A stretch of 61,619 nt of DNA, the filler included, from Basidioascus undulatus (lineage: Eukaryota), in the NCBI GenBank assembly GCA_000826855.1. It is 12 parts of 12 records of this genome, joined end to end, with 100 filler letters (N's around TTAATTAATTAA, not from the genome) between each part and the next. Parts side by side here need not be neighbours in the genome. Positions count along the whole stretch, not along the records: positions 1 to 24,148 come from JTLS01000245.1; 11 more parts are not named here. One strand, written 5' to 3'. The first letter of the stretch is position 1. Each line of letters starts with the position of its first letter. Below are positions 1-12,963 of the stretch, piece after piece. The position numbers and the translations under genes were made by a program. The notes beneath the pieces were generated by a model. The model worked only from the letters and a program-made list of their open reading frames with translations, was not told the DNA's origin and ran no database searches.

Positions 1-1396
1 CCTGGACACGTTGTGGGCTGCTGTGGCGGCTCGCCTGTGGCGCCCGGCCCCGCGCTTTTTTCCGCTCGCCGTTTCCCGGACGTGTGCCTCGCTGCCATGC
101 TCTGGCAAAGACCTGAAAATGGGTCAAACCTTCACCTTTGCTGTGTACTATATTTTGTGAACCCTGTTTCTTGGCTTCGTGGCTCCGGCGGTGGGGAGGC
201 GGCACGCTCACTGACTCGCTCACCGTTCAATTCTCTCGCTCATATTCGTCCCTCCTGATCTTATCTTCCCACACTGCTCAGTAACACTGACAGTAGCCTG
301 AAAAGACGGGAACGAGAACCGTCAACCCCAAATTGCCCTTTACTTTGTGCTTGACAGTCTACACTGGTGTGCGACGGAGCCTCGAGCCTCAACTGCCTGC
401 TGAAAGCGTTGCTCCTGACTGCCCCGCTCCCGCGCCCTTTCGCAAGCGAGGCAAAACAAGGACGTTTAGGAAATGTAAAACTGTGCACACACCCAGTGGT
501 CATATCAAACGCTGTTCAGAGCAGGATTTGCGCCGACACAAAGCGCTCTGGCGGGGGCATTGCTCACAGCGCCACTCCGGCCTCGCGCAGGATGCCCGAA
601 GGTCCTTGGGCACCCAGTAACGACACCTCCCAATCGATCGACGAGCACACAGCATTCGCACAGCTTCGTGGCAGGATGTTTATTTCGTGCTTTTTTGCTG
701 GTCTGATGCGGTTGAAATCGTATCGGTGCATCTTGGAAGGAAGAGCCTTTCCGGTAGAGCGCGAATCCCCAGGCTGCTATTGGTTCTGCCTCCACTGCAC
801 ATCCTCGTCGCGCTGCCATGGAAGATCATTTGCGAGAAGATTGTTCGCGCCACGGCGCAAGCTCACGAGAAGCCCCCTCGTGATTTCTTGTGACACTCGT
901 CGTGTGTGTGTTTGTGTGTGCGTGACCGAAAATGAGCGACTGCCGACGATCGCTCAGCCCAACTCAGACTGCGAGGAGGCAAGATGGGTTTTGGACATCG
1001 ACCTTGTCGAACCTCTCGACGTGAGGGGCTTTAAGACTTCATTGAGTCTACACAGACAAGGTAAGGTAAAGATTAAATACAATGCTTTGTGTATCCCAAC
1101 CCTGATTCGGGGGCCGCGAGCCAGGCTCGATTGATTCAACGCAGCGCCTATCACCTGGTCGTGTTCAATGGGTGTATCAAAATTGCGATAGTACATCAAT
1201 GAGCGAGAGTGAGAGTGGGATGGATGCGAGCGAGGCAAACGATGCAGGACCAATGAGGGCAGAAGGGGGGCATTGCAAAACGCAAAGGTAAATGAAAGCT
1301 CGGAATAGTGCAGACCTCAAGAAGGAAGGAATCGTTCGCAAAAGAGTGTCCATGATGAGTAAGCGGGGCAAGGGGAGAAGAAGGGAATCAGAGGAA

Positions 1397-4300
1397 TCAA
1401 TATCGACGGTACGACGGCTCTTCGACGTATCCGTGGCCGTTGTACGCCGCCGGATCGACCCAATTTGAGCGTTGTGGAGGGGGGTTGAACGCGCGCGGAG
1501 GGACGGGCGGTGGGGGCGGTGCGCCGTAGTCGCTGCCGACCCCGAACTGTTGTCCTTGCGGCGGGGCGACGAGGGGTGCCTGCGTAGGCGAATGGGCGTA
1601 GGGCGGTCTGTTTCCGACGCGACCAAACCAAAGCATCAGCATTCCAGTCCCCACCCGAAGAGGCAGAAAAAAGTCCGCTGCAGCGTACATTGAGCCCTTG
1701 TTCCCCCTCCTCAGGCGGCTCGCTGTGCTCATGCCCGGCCGGCTCGCGACGGGGGCGCCCGTGTACGCCGCCGAGGGCGGGGCGTTGCGGCGGCGGCATC
1801 CGTTGATGATGCAGCGCGCCATGGAGTAGAGGATGATGAGGACGATGATGCCCACGACGATCGTGACGGGGATGGAGATGCGCAGGTTCTGCGTGTACCA
1901 CGACCGGAACGTGTCCTGCCATGACCCGCTCTTGCAGTGGCCCTCTGCTCCGCGACATCATTCCATCAGTAAGCAGTCGCGCATAAATGCGAAGGGAAGG
2001 GAAGACGAACTCTCGCAAGTCCCGCCATACCCGCACGACGTCCCGTCGCGCAGCGGCGTCTGCAACCGGATGCAGCCGCGGCCGCTCGGGTCGTTGCAGG
2101 TCACCAAGCCTGCAAGCACGCGAAGCGTGAGCTCGAGAAGCTCTACGACAATGCCAAGCACCAGGACAAGTCGAAGACGCACAAGTCGAGTCCCCGCCCA
2201 TATCGCACGCCGTCGTGAGCCCAAGGGAGGCACCAGCGCTCTTGCATTGCTGGTCCGCGGACGTGCACATCCCGCTCGCGCAGTGCAGACCGTCGCCGCA
2301 CGATTTTCCTGAGCGCCGATTCGAATTCTGATCAGTTTCAGAAGCAGATCCAAGGACAGTGTGCGCCCACTCACCATTCTCCGCAAACACGTCCGTCGGG
2401 CACGTGCCCGAATTGCCGGTGCACTTCTCCTCCACGTCGCAAGTCGAGTCCATCGAGGGTCGGCAGACTTGAGTGCTCGGCTGGGGACGCAATCCAAAAG
2501 ACGTCAGCATCAAGCGTAAAGCCCCGAGCATCGACGAGACGCACAGCGAACTGGCACGACTCGGTGCACTGCAAAGTGTGCCACCCTCCTGTCAGAATCG
2601 CAAACACCGCATCTCAAAAGCAAGTTGAGCAACATACGCAAGCGCCCGTGCTGTTATCGCACACCGCACCAGACTTGAACTTGCAGTCTGCGACGCGCCC
2701 CCATCGCACTCAGCCCAATTCCTTTCCCCTGCCTGGCAGACCTGACAGCGACGCACCAGTGCCACAGCAGTTCGTCTCCCCGCCGCCGTCGCACTCCTCA
2801 TCGCCCTCGATGATGCCGTTGCCTGCACGTCCCCACACTCGATCTCAGCATCTCCCATTCTTCGCATCACCTTGAATGAAAGAAACTCAGGGAAGCAAGA
2901 ACGCACCGCACTGCTGCAGACTGATGATCTGCCGCGAGTTATCGCTCGCGTCGACAAGGCAGTCGTCCGTGACCTGGCCGGATCCGAGGAGGCTTTATTC
3001 CCCAGCAATCGTCAGCCTCACCTCACCCATTACATGATCCGGCTGCACGGAGGGATATCAGGACACACGAGCAGATGTTCCCCACTGAGCAGTTGCTGAA
3101 CATCGTCGCCGCGTCGGAGGACGTCGCTAATCACCCCGAGACCTGGTCAGAACCAGGCGGGGGAAACAGGCTGATGCAGAACGATGGCTCACCGCTCATG
3201 ATGAATTTGTTGTCCGCGTTGCAGCTGTTCGTGGTGAGCGGGCAGCAGTACGTGCTTGATGAGCAGCCGGTTTCGCAGTCGTGGATACTGTGTTCAGGGA
3301 GTCAGAGTGAGAGTCAGCACTGCGCTGGGCGCGCCAGCAGAATTCGAAGAGGCGTACGCTCCGACTGCGATGCGCCATCATGCAAGTCAGTTTCATGCGT
3401 GTGCCGTAGGGGGAGGAGCGAGATGACAATGCACAGTTGTGGCCGATCTCATGCGCCGATACCCTGTGGTCCGAGCAACAGCATTCAAGTCAACCACCGC
3501 TCAATTCCGCAAGCGCAAGAAGCACACTCACGCCCACTCAGTCCTCGTAATAGCAGTGACCGCCACGCCACTAACGGTGTTCCCGTCCTGGCTCCTCGCG
3601 TCCTGGCGACAGAGCGTTCCGAGCCAGGCAACGCCTTTTCCCGTCGCACCTCATCAGCATCCCATTCCTGCTTTCCCTCCCCCGCCGCCCAAAGGAAGGG
3701 AAACCGGGGAACGGGGGATGAGGTGGAGGAAGAGGGCACGCACCCACTTCGCTCCCCGTCGCGCAATTAGTCATGAGGTGCCACAGACCCGCGCCATCGT
3801 CGCCCTTGGCGCCGCGCCACTGTGCGAACCGGCTCAGGCGCTCGTTGATCGTGACGCTGTCCGAGCACGCGACGTTCCACGGCTCGGACTGGCTCGCCGA
3901 GGGCGGGCAGACCGAGTCTTGCACGTTGAGCTCGATCACGCCAATGCTGGTGCGAAAGATGTCGCGGTAGAGGGCGGCTGCGGGGGGAGGAGGGAGCTCA
4001 GGAAGCGGGAAGAGGGGGAGGGGAGCAGGATGTGGGGGGCTCACAGATCTGGTTCACGTTGTTGAGGATCTGCGTGCGCGCTTTCTCGGGCGAGCCGTAC
4101 TGCCCGACACTGCGAGTGAGAAGGTGGGGTGTTCGCTCAGCATGAAAGGGGCGGTAAGTTGGGGGGGAGTGGGTTGGACGCACTATGTGCAGTCCGCCGC
4201 AAAGCCCATGTACAAGATCTTCTGGTCCGTGGGGCACCCCATCGAGCTGCTCGCGCCACCCGAACCCGCATTAGCACGATTCCACCCCTTCCCCCCTCCC

Positions 4301-5639
4301 ACCACAAAGCAGCCCAACGCACTCTCCAATAGAATTGACAAAGTTCGTCCCGCCCGTGCCACCAGAGATGTCGCCCGCGCCCTGGCGCTTTCGGAGGCGC
4401 ACGCCCTCCTCAGCGCGGTCGAGGAGGTCGGGCGAGGTGGGTGCGAAGCGGACGAATGGCCCGGCGGAGGGGTCGCGCGGGTCGAACTTGGAGGATGCGG
4501 GGGAGCCGAGGAAGGCGTCGAGCGCGGAGAGGAGCGGCGGGAGGGGGCGGAGGGCGTAGAAGGAGGGGTCGCGCTGCGAGGGGGGGGGTGAGTGAGATGG
4601 ATGTGGGGGGAGGATGTGGAAGATGTGGGGAGAAAGGAGAAGAGAAGCGTACGAGGGCAGGGTTGATGGAGGCGTTGGTGTTGAAGGGTTCTTGCTCGGC
4701 TGAGCAGCCGGTGCGGAAGGGGTGGTCGGAGTGGGAGTGCGAGCCCTCCGCGGGCTCGACGTCCCCGTCGCGGAAGATGACAAGCTTGGAGGAGGGGGCG
4801 TCGAGGTCAGGGGAGGGGTCGGAAGCGTGCTTAGACGCAAGGTAGGACGGGAGCGTCTTGATGTGGTGTCGCTCCCCCCGGAGGGTGAAGACGCCCTCGA
4901 AGAGGGGCAGGGTGGACGTGGACACGCCGTCGTCGTGCAGCATGATGCGAGCCCATCCTAGTACACTGAAAGTTGGAGAAAAGGGGTTCAGACGTTCTGC
5001 CTTCCCAAGAAGCGAACCAAAGGACAGCACTCACCCTTCCTCCTCCTCCGGTACACCCTCCCAGCTCGCCGTCCTTACGATCCGCGCCGTGTCCTCCGCA
5101 AGCCTGCGCTCCGTCTGGCGCGTATGCACGACCACGCCCGTATACGCGCGGTAGTGCTCCCTCTGGAGCTTCTCCGAGCGCACGACCCTCCCACCGCGGT
5201 GGTAGTTGACCCTCGCGCGCGGGTGCAGGAGCTCGTCGTTCGGCTCGAGGTGGAGGTGGACCTGCTCGCCCGTGTCGGGGAGCTGGAGGCTGATGCGAAT
5301 CGAGTCGGAGTGGAGGACGCTGGGCGAGTAGAACGTGTGGGTGGAGTTGGCGAGGTGTCGCGGTTGCAGGGGCGGAGTGCGAGGGAGGACGGAGATCGCC
5401 ATGTCGGTTGGGTGGAGGAGGCGCTTGAGCGGGCCGGGCCGGTGGCTATGTGCTGTGGGGTAGCATAACGGGCAGGTTGGATGGATTTATGAGTGGGATG
5501 GACAGGGGTGGAAATAGAACCGCCACGCACCTGCTGCGGGATGTGGAGAGCAGAGGAGGGCGAGGAGGACGAGGAGCGCGCCGGCCCAGGCTGTTACTGG
5601 CCATGACGGCGGGCCGGGGCGGGGTATGGAAGGGCGCAT
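1397..5639 (-). CDS. ADAM-family zinc metalloprotease/disintegrin (fungal ADM-B-like), multi-exon, type I membrane protein
   Basis: ATG 5639, signal peptide AWAGALLVLLALLC. Prodomain VHLHLEPNDELLHP. Spliced zinc motif HEIGHNFGAIHDC. Disintegrin CGNGIIEGDEECD...CDVEEKCTGNSGTCPTD, Cys-rich region, TM segment IVGIIVLIILY, Pro-rich tail, stop at 1397. Confidence 0.93.
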
Positions 5640-6487
5640 TCGGTGTCGGTGTCGTCGTCGTCTCGTCGCCGTCGGGATAGGAAGGGAGGGAAGATCGGGT
5701 GGAAGGGAAGGGGGTGAGGGGGGGTAGGACAGAGATCGAGATCGAGGGCGAGGTCGAGGTTGAAAGGAAAGAAAGATGTGTAGGCCCGTTGCTTCTACGC
5801 TCTATTGCCACTGCTGAAGGTGTGTTCCAGTCGGTGGCAGTGGCGGCGAGAATAGAAGACGGGCAGCTCGGAGGTGCACCGCTGCGGACGAGTGTCTTTG
5901 AACGACCAAGCTGTCTAGATGACGCGCGGTCCTGGGCCCGCCAAGACGAGACTCGAGAGCACCTTCACCGCCACAGTGCAATACTGTGGCCGCCCGGGAT
6001 CGCAGCTTAGTCAAGCAGTACGAGGCCTAGAGGATGAGAGTGTGGAGGATTTCCAAGGCGTGCAAGCTGGCACAGAGCTGGCAAGCTGATCGAAGGAGGA
6101 GATGATGAGGGCTGAAGGGGATCGTTCAACACAGTTTCAACTCGCTCAGTCAAACAAACTCCTTTTCCTCTTCGGTCGTCAAGGGCTCGCGAATATCCTC
6201 CTTACCCTTCCCACCTTGGCGCTTCGAGAAGAAAAGTAATAAACTGGAGTGTTGCTGGATCTTCAGCGACAAACTGACCAAACAACAAAAACCTGTCGAC
6301 TGCGACTGCAGACTGCCGACTGCCAAGCCCTGACACTCACAGCTTTGACAGTTCATAAAGCACGGCCGCCGACTCCATGATCTCGGGATGCCCGCCGGAA
6401 GCGCGGAAGCGCGTCTTCTCTCTTCACCCAACTTCACCTCTCCTCATCCTCAGCCTACTCTCCATCCCTCCATCCTCCCCGTCCCCC

Positions 6488-7245
6488 ATGGCCCTCCCGG
6501 CGCACCTTATGTCCCTCCGCGTGCCACCAGCGCCGCACCTCCCCTTCCAGCTCACCCTCGCGCTCCTCAAGCCCACACTGACCTCCCACCAGCCGCACGT
6601 GTCCGAGGTCCTCTCCGTCCGTCCCCCCTCCCCATCATCCCACTCCCACTCACCCTCAAAACACCCTCAGGTAATCCGCGCCAACTCCTTCCAGGTCCGT
6701 CTGTCTCTTGCCCCCCTCTCCCCTCGCGGGCACTGACGACCCCCCACCAGTGACCGCAGGTCCTCGACGAGAAGCGGCTCGCGCCCACCCCGCCCCCTGC
6801 GGTGCTGCAAGAATTCTACCGCGAGCACGAGGGCCGGTTTTTCTACGAGCGGCTCATCCGCGGGATGGGCGGGGGTGAAGTCCACGCGCTCATCCTCGGC
6901 GGGCGGGGGGCGATCTCGCGCTGGCGGGCATTGATCGGGCCGACGAAAGTGTACCGGTGCGCTTTCCTCAACTTCTTCTCTTCACTCGTTCATGGGTATG
7001 GGGTTTGGCGAGATGGCTGATGAGAGGTATGAGAGGGGAACAGCGCAAAGCACACCTACCCGCACACCCTCCGCGCGCGCTACGGCCTCACCGACACGCG
7101 CAACGCGTTCCACGGGAGCGACGCGCCTGCGAGCGCTGCAAGGGAGATTGGCTTTGTGTTTGGGGAGAAGTGGGATGTCCGGGGAGCGCTGGAGAGGGAG
7201 GAGGGGGAGGCGGAGGAGGGGCTTAGGGTGCTGGGGGGGCGGTAG
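6488..7245 (+). CDS. nucleoside diphosphate kinase, NME6-like, multi-exon
   Basis: [35 protein letters not shown] and [18 protein letters not shown] (catalytic His) joined through GT-AG introns. Confidence 0.9.
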
Positions 7246-8871
7246 GAGATGGGGAGGAGCGAGACACGGAGGCAAATGTGCCTTGCTTGGTTGCTGGATT
7301 GTGCGGGGAGAGGGTGTGCAGAGGAGTTCGGAGAGGAAGATGTGCTTGCACTGCGTGAGGCGAGCCCCTGGGCACCGTCAATCGCGCCGCCTTGATCCTC
7401 CACCACCAAGGTTTCCCTGTCCTTCCCCACCCGTCTCAGCCCTCCCCACTGTCGTTCTTGTTCCTCCACCTCCTCCCCATCCCCCTGCTCCTCCCGCTTT
7501 CGTAACCCTTTGAATGACCCCATCTAGGGAAGGAACAACCTCCGCACCATCCGTGACACGTCCCAACGTCTCCCGTGCCTTCTCTTTAGCTGCCCCACGC
7601 TCCCCAGCTCCCTCCACCTCCGCTCCCCTCCTTCGCTCCCCCTCATCCCCTCCCCCCTCCGACGTTCCACCTTCTTTGCCTCGTTCCCTTTTGGAATTAT
7701 TTCATCTTTCTCCTCTTCCTTTCTGTTCATACTCTCTCACCTATATGTACAATAATCCACTATTGAATTAAAATGTTTTGTTCCGCTTTGGATACTGGAG
7801 CTGCAGGCTCCCTGTTTGGTGGGCATCAGCAGGAACGAGGCATCGCGCTGCGAATGACCGACAGTGCTGATAGATTTAGGCCCATCAAAGTCTCCAAAGC
7901 TAAATGTGATTTAATTGTCGTTACATTTCTTTTTTTTTTTACTGTTCGACCCAATGAAGTATATTCAGTTTACCTGGCAATTGTGGCTTGGAAGCTGTTG
8001 CCTGCCCCATTCTGAGAATGCCTGCCAATGCCTGCCATCTGCCTTCATTCTACCCTCTAGACGCGTCAGAACACGGGGCAGGCGCAGTGAACAATCATGA
8101 ACTTCAAGAAAGTATGTCAGAAATGCTCTATGCAAAGTAACAGGCTGCTTCGTGGGACAATGAGCAGGGCAGAGGAAGAAAAGAAAATGAGCTGCAAATT
8201 GTACCGCAGCAACGGCCGCAATGCTGTACCAAATGGTGAGGACGCAAATGCTGCGCAAACAAAACTGCGAAGTATAAGTGGTAATCCAAGAAAAGCGGAA
8301 GCGGCAAATCAATTTTTGGGGCCAGAATAAGCATTTCAACGGCATCGCTAAGCACCCCAAAGGCTAGCACGGCCATTCCGGGCAGCGCGAGCGATCGAAT
8401 GACGCCGCTGCCCGAAGCCAAGCGAAGACATGGGGAGAAGCCGATTCAGCCGAGCCCGTGCCGAAAGACCGCACCGCGCGAGCCTAATCACTATCTCTTA
8501 ATCACTTTGTGAAGCCTCCAAATTGATTTTGTCGAGCCTCGAAACAGGTTTGTTTGCACGCTTTTATTTCTCAAATCGAGCCCTTACCGACCCTCAGTAC
8601 CTACTGTCTCTCACAACAACTTCGATTCCCCTTTTTTCACTCTCACAATCTACACAACATTTCAAACACCACACATTTCTTCTCGAGCTGCAGCACCCGG
8701 GACGCCGCTGTCAGCGCGTGACTCACAGCCGACCTTAACCGGGCGTCGCGTCCGCCGGTGCGCGCATTGCGTCTTCTTCTCCTTCCCTCTCACCCTCACC
8801 TCCTCCCTCCCATCTCACTAACTTCCTTCTCTCCATCCAAACAAACTAACCTTCCTCCCTTTCGATCGATC

Positions 8872-10537
8872 ATGCTCACCCAGCAAAAAATCAAAGTAGC
8901 AGGCGTCCAGTCCGCGCCCGTCGCGTTCGACCTCCCCGCGACGCTGGCCAAGCTTGCTTCCCTCACGCGGCAGGCTGCGAGCCAGGGCGCGGAGCTTGTC
9001 GTCTTTCCTGAGGCGTTTGTTTCGGCTTATCCGCGCGGTGGATGCCTGCTCCTCCTCTCCCCTACCTTCTCCCCTTCTGCCCGCTAAACCGGCTTGGGGG
9101 ATAGGGTATTCGTTTGGTGCAGGTGAGTAAGAGATGATGACAAAGATGACATGAATGCGAACGGAATGCTGATGATGTGGGCCGAGGGTTCAGTGGTCGG
9201 TTCCCGCACGCCCGAAGGGCGCGCCTGGTTCAGGCGCTACCACGAGAGCTCCGTGGCAGTGCCGTCGCCCGAGTTCGACCAGATCCGCGAGGCGGCGAAG
9301 GAGAACGGCGTCTTCCTGCAGGTGGGGATTATCGAGAAGGAGTGCGTGCTCCCTTTCACCCTTTCGCCTTCCTTCCCCCCTCACGAAAAGGCGGAAGGAA
9401 GGCAAAGAAGGCAGACAGACTGATTTGTGGGATGGGTGAAAAGCGGCGGGACGCTCTACTGCTGCGCGGTGCTGATCAGCCCCGTGGGCGAGCTGCTGTA
9501 CAAGCACCGGAAGGTGCGTTCTCTCGCTCATTTCCTTCATGCCTCACATCGCATGTTTGCTGAATTTGAAGTGGGGGGAAAAGGTCATGCCCACCGGCTC
9601 CGAGCGCCTCGTCTGGGGGTTCGGGAACGGCGATGGGCTGTCGGTGGTGGATACTGAGATCGGGAAGATCGGGTGCGTGCGCATGCTTGGGACACTACTT
9701 CCTTCGTGCGCAGTGCGGAATGCTAACCCCGCTCCTGCTGCGCGCAGGTCGGTCATCTGCTGGGAGAACTTCCAGCCGCTCCTGGTGCGTCCCTGTCCGA
9801 CCGAGTGCGCTGGAAAAGAGGAAGGCTGATAGAAGGCTGTTGGGTATGGTCGCAGCGCGCGGCAATGTATGCCCAGGGTATCCAGATCTACTGTGCGCCG
9901 ACTGCGGACGGGTGAGCCCCATGGGAGAAGGTGGTTTGGTTGGCAAGGGCGCACGCTGATGGGGGGAGAGACGTCGGCAGGCGCGATACTTGGCCGCCGC
10001 TTATTCAGACGCTTGCGCAAGGTGCGGGATGGACGGTAAGGGAAGTCGTTGATGGGACTATGACTGATGGTGAATTGCAGAGGGCCGGCTCTTCGCCATT
10101 TCAGTCAACCAATTCGCAACCGCCAGCGACTGTTCGTCCCTCTCCGCCTCCGTCCTTCACTGTATTCCCCTCTCGCTCACCTCCCGCTGGCTCCCTTTCC
10201 AGACCCCTCCGACTACCCGCCCACCCAAGGCAAGCCCGCCGACGAGATCGTCACGCGCGGGGGGAGCTGCATCGTCGGTCCTTTAGGCGAGTTCCTGGTC
10301 GCGCCCGTGTGGGACAAGGAGGACATCCTCGTCGCGGAGATTGAGCTCGACCGGATCGTCGAGGCCAAGATGGACTTTGAGTACGTGGTGCATGAGGGAA
10401 GAGGCAGTGGGGTGGGCTGGGGGCTGACATGAGGGATGGGGGACGTGAGCAGCGCGACGGGTCATTATGCCAGGCCGGATATCTTCCAGCTTAGTGTCAA
10501 CCGCGCGGGGGGTGGACCGGTTACTTTCAGTGGGTGA
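8872..10537 (+). CDS. nitrilase (carbon-nitrogen hydrolase), multi-exon
   Basis: Catalytic triad motifs FPEAF (Glu), HRK-MPTGSER (Lys), ICWEN (Cys). C-terminal GHYARPDIF. Confidence 0.95.
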
Positions 10538-11075
10538 GGATGAGGGCTTTGGGCTGGGTTAACAGAGGATCGTGTGGAATGGCTGATAGCTGAAGATGGC
10601 TTGTGATCGTCTGTCGCGAACGGCGTGTGCGGTTAGTCCTGCTGCTTCGCCCAGGTCAATTCATATGACGCGGACTCTCTCCCTCGGCTTCGAATATCTG
10701 TCATCTGCAGCGCTTTAAGATCGAAGTTGGGCACTGTGGGATTGAAGGGAAATAGAAAGCGCACGCATCTCAACTCCCAGCTTGCCCCGTCCGGCCCCAC
10801 TTCAGCTGGGTAAATCAAGTAAAACAACTTGCAGATTAGCGTATCACCCTAACTGCTCGTCTACTGCTCAAACAAATTCGAGATGAGAAGGCTGTTCACG
10901 CGACGAGGACGCGACGCGACGTCACCGGCCCGGTTATCAGCTGACGCCGCGGATTGCTCTCTCCTCTCTCCTCGACCACCATTCCTCCTTTGGACCTGCG
11001 TTAAAAGCCTTGTCGAATATCATCCCCCACCCAAATAATAGCGCCCTTTTCAATCGTCGTTTCAATCATCAAGCC

Positions 11076-12402
11076 ATGCCGAAAACTCGCGTCGACATCG
11101 ACGTGACCCTCCCCGATCTCGCTCCCCTCACAGCCAACTCGTTCGCGTGAGCTTCGCATCAACCTCTGCATCCCTCGAGCCTTTCACATGCTCCACCTTT
11201 CTCAGGTGCCTTCGACGCTTCGCGGAGTACACTCCCCCGCGCGAGCCGCAATGGCCGCGCTCTCGTCGGGCGGCGGTGATGATTGCCCTGTTCGTAGGTA
11301 GACAAGGTCCGATCCGCCCCTTCTTCGACTGCGGCATGCGGAGGATCTGATCAAATCGCTCGTGTGCAGGAGATCTCTATGTGCTACTCTCGCAGCGCTC
11401 CTCCAGTCTGAGGACGTACGCAGGCGATACGAGCCTCCCCGGCGGGCGCATGGACTCGACGGATGAGAGCATCGAGTTTACTGCGAGGAGAGAGGCGTTT
11501 GAAGAGGTATGTAACCCTCATGTATTGCTTTGTCGTTTGATACAAGCTGAGGGAGTGCTCGCAACTCTTCAGATCGGCCTTCCTTTCGACCCCGAGGTCG
11601 TCCGCCGTCTCTGCACCTTGCCGCCGCACCTTACAGGGAATTTTCTGGTCGTGACGCCGTACGCTACGCCTGCCATTGTACCTTTGAGAACCTGCTAATG
11701 ATGTCCTTCACAGTGTAGTATGTCTGGTAACAGAGCGGGCGATTCAGGTGCGCTCGCTTCGTCAGCCACAATCACCTTCGCGCAGTCGCTCATACGGCCG
11801 TGACGCGCAGCCAATGCTGAACGCTGCCGAAGGTGTTTACCCGCTTTGAACTACCTATTTCCAGACACATCGAAGTGCTCAGATATTGCTCCGCCTACAG
11901 TGGAATCGCTCTTCTCCCATCCTCTCGAAGCCTTCCTCTTCCGACAGCCACAAGGCGTGCTCCTGCGCTATCTCGCCCCAAGCGATCCCTACCACACTTT
12001 CACCGATATACCCGATCCTGACCCCGTAGCCGTGCTGGAGGATGACCCGAGACAGCGAAAGCAACACCGCCTGCGCATTCACCGATTCGAGAATGGACGG
12101 AAGGACGTGAAGCCCATCGTGGGCTTTACCGCGTGCGTCAAAACCTCTCCCCCTTGCTGTCCCTCGATACTGCATTTGAAAGACTTACGGTGGGTTCTGG
12201 CATGCGCAGGCGAGTGCTGCTCCGGGCAGCAGCGATCGGCTACGGCCGCGAGCCGGACTTCGGCGTGGATGCGCACGACAGCCTGAGCGAGGCGGAACGG
12301 CTTCTGAGAGCCTTGAGAGTGCCCACTATGCGACGTGCGATGGAACAGGAGATGATTGAGGATGGGGCCGAGCAGGGGGGCAGGAGAACACATCGGCTGT
12401 AA
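11076..12402 (+). CDS. Nudix CoA pyrophosphatase (PCD1/NUDT7-like), multi-exon
   Basis: AAVMIALF, LLSQRSSSLRTYAGDTSLPGG...TARREAFEEIG (UPF0035 motif plus Nudix box), LNAAEVESLFSHPL. Confidence 0.9.
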
Positions 12403-12963
12403 AAGTCATGCACGCGCTCGCAAGCATTCAAGGCCATCCTGCCCTTGTCTGAACTTCTGTACCGTCCTTGTACTGTTTTCCGTGGCCTTTTCTAGTGACT
12501 AAAGTAGGGCGAAATACGGGATAGGTTCGGGAGAAGCACGTTACGGCAGTCATGGACGCATGTACGCACAATTAACGAGGGTCATGGTTGCACACCGCTG
12601 ATGCGAAAGAGAAGGCTTATATATTCTTTTGTGTTACAGTAAATGAACGATGGTGGACTGGTGGTGCCTTCAGGCCGCCTGCAGTGGTGAAATGCTCGCC
12701 GCGCTGTCGAGCGGAAGCGTGAAGCTCAAAAGCGCCGGAACTGGGCGGTTGTTACGCAAGGTACACCTTCGCGAAAGCAGCTTGATCTGGCACGATGTGA
12801 TGGACTATGTAGAATCAGCCGATGCTTTTTCTTCTTAGCAAGACCGAGTCATGGCACGCTGCGGGCCGAGGGTGGTCCGACGTCGGAGCCTGACATTCTG
12901 CCGTTCTCGAAGTCCCTCTTTTGCCTCCCACCACATACGAACTGTTTCCTTCTGGCGACGACC

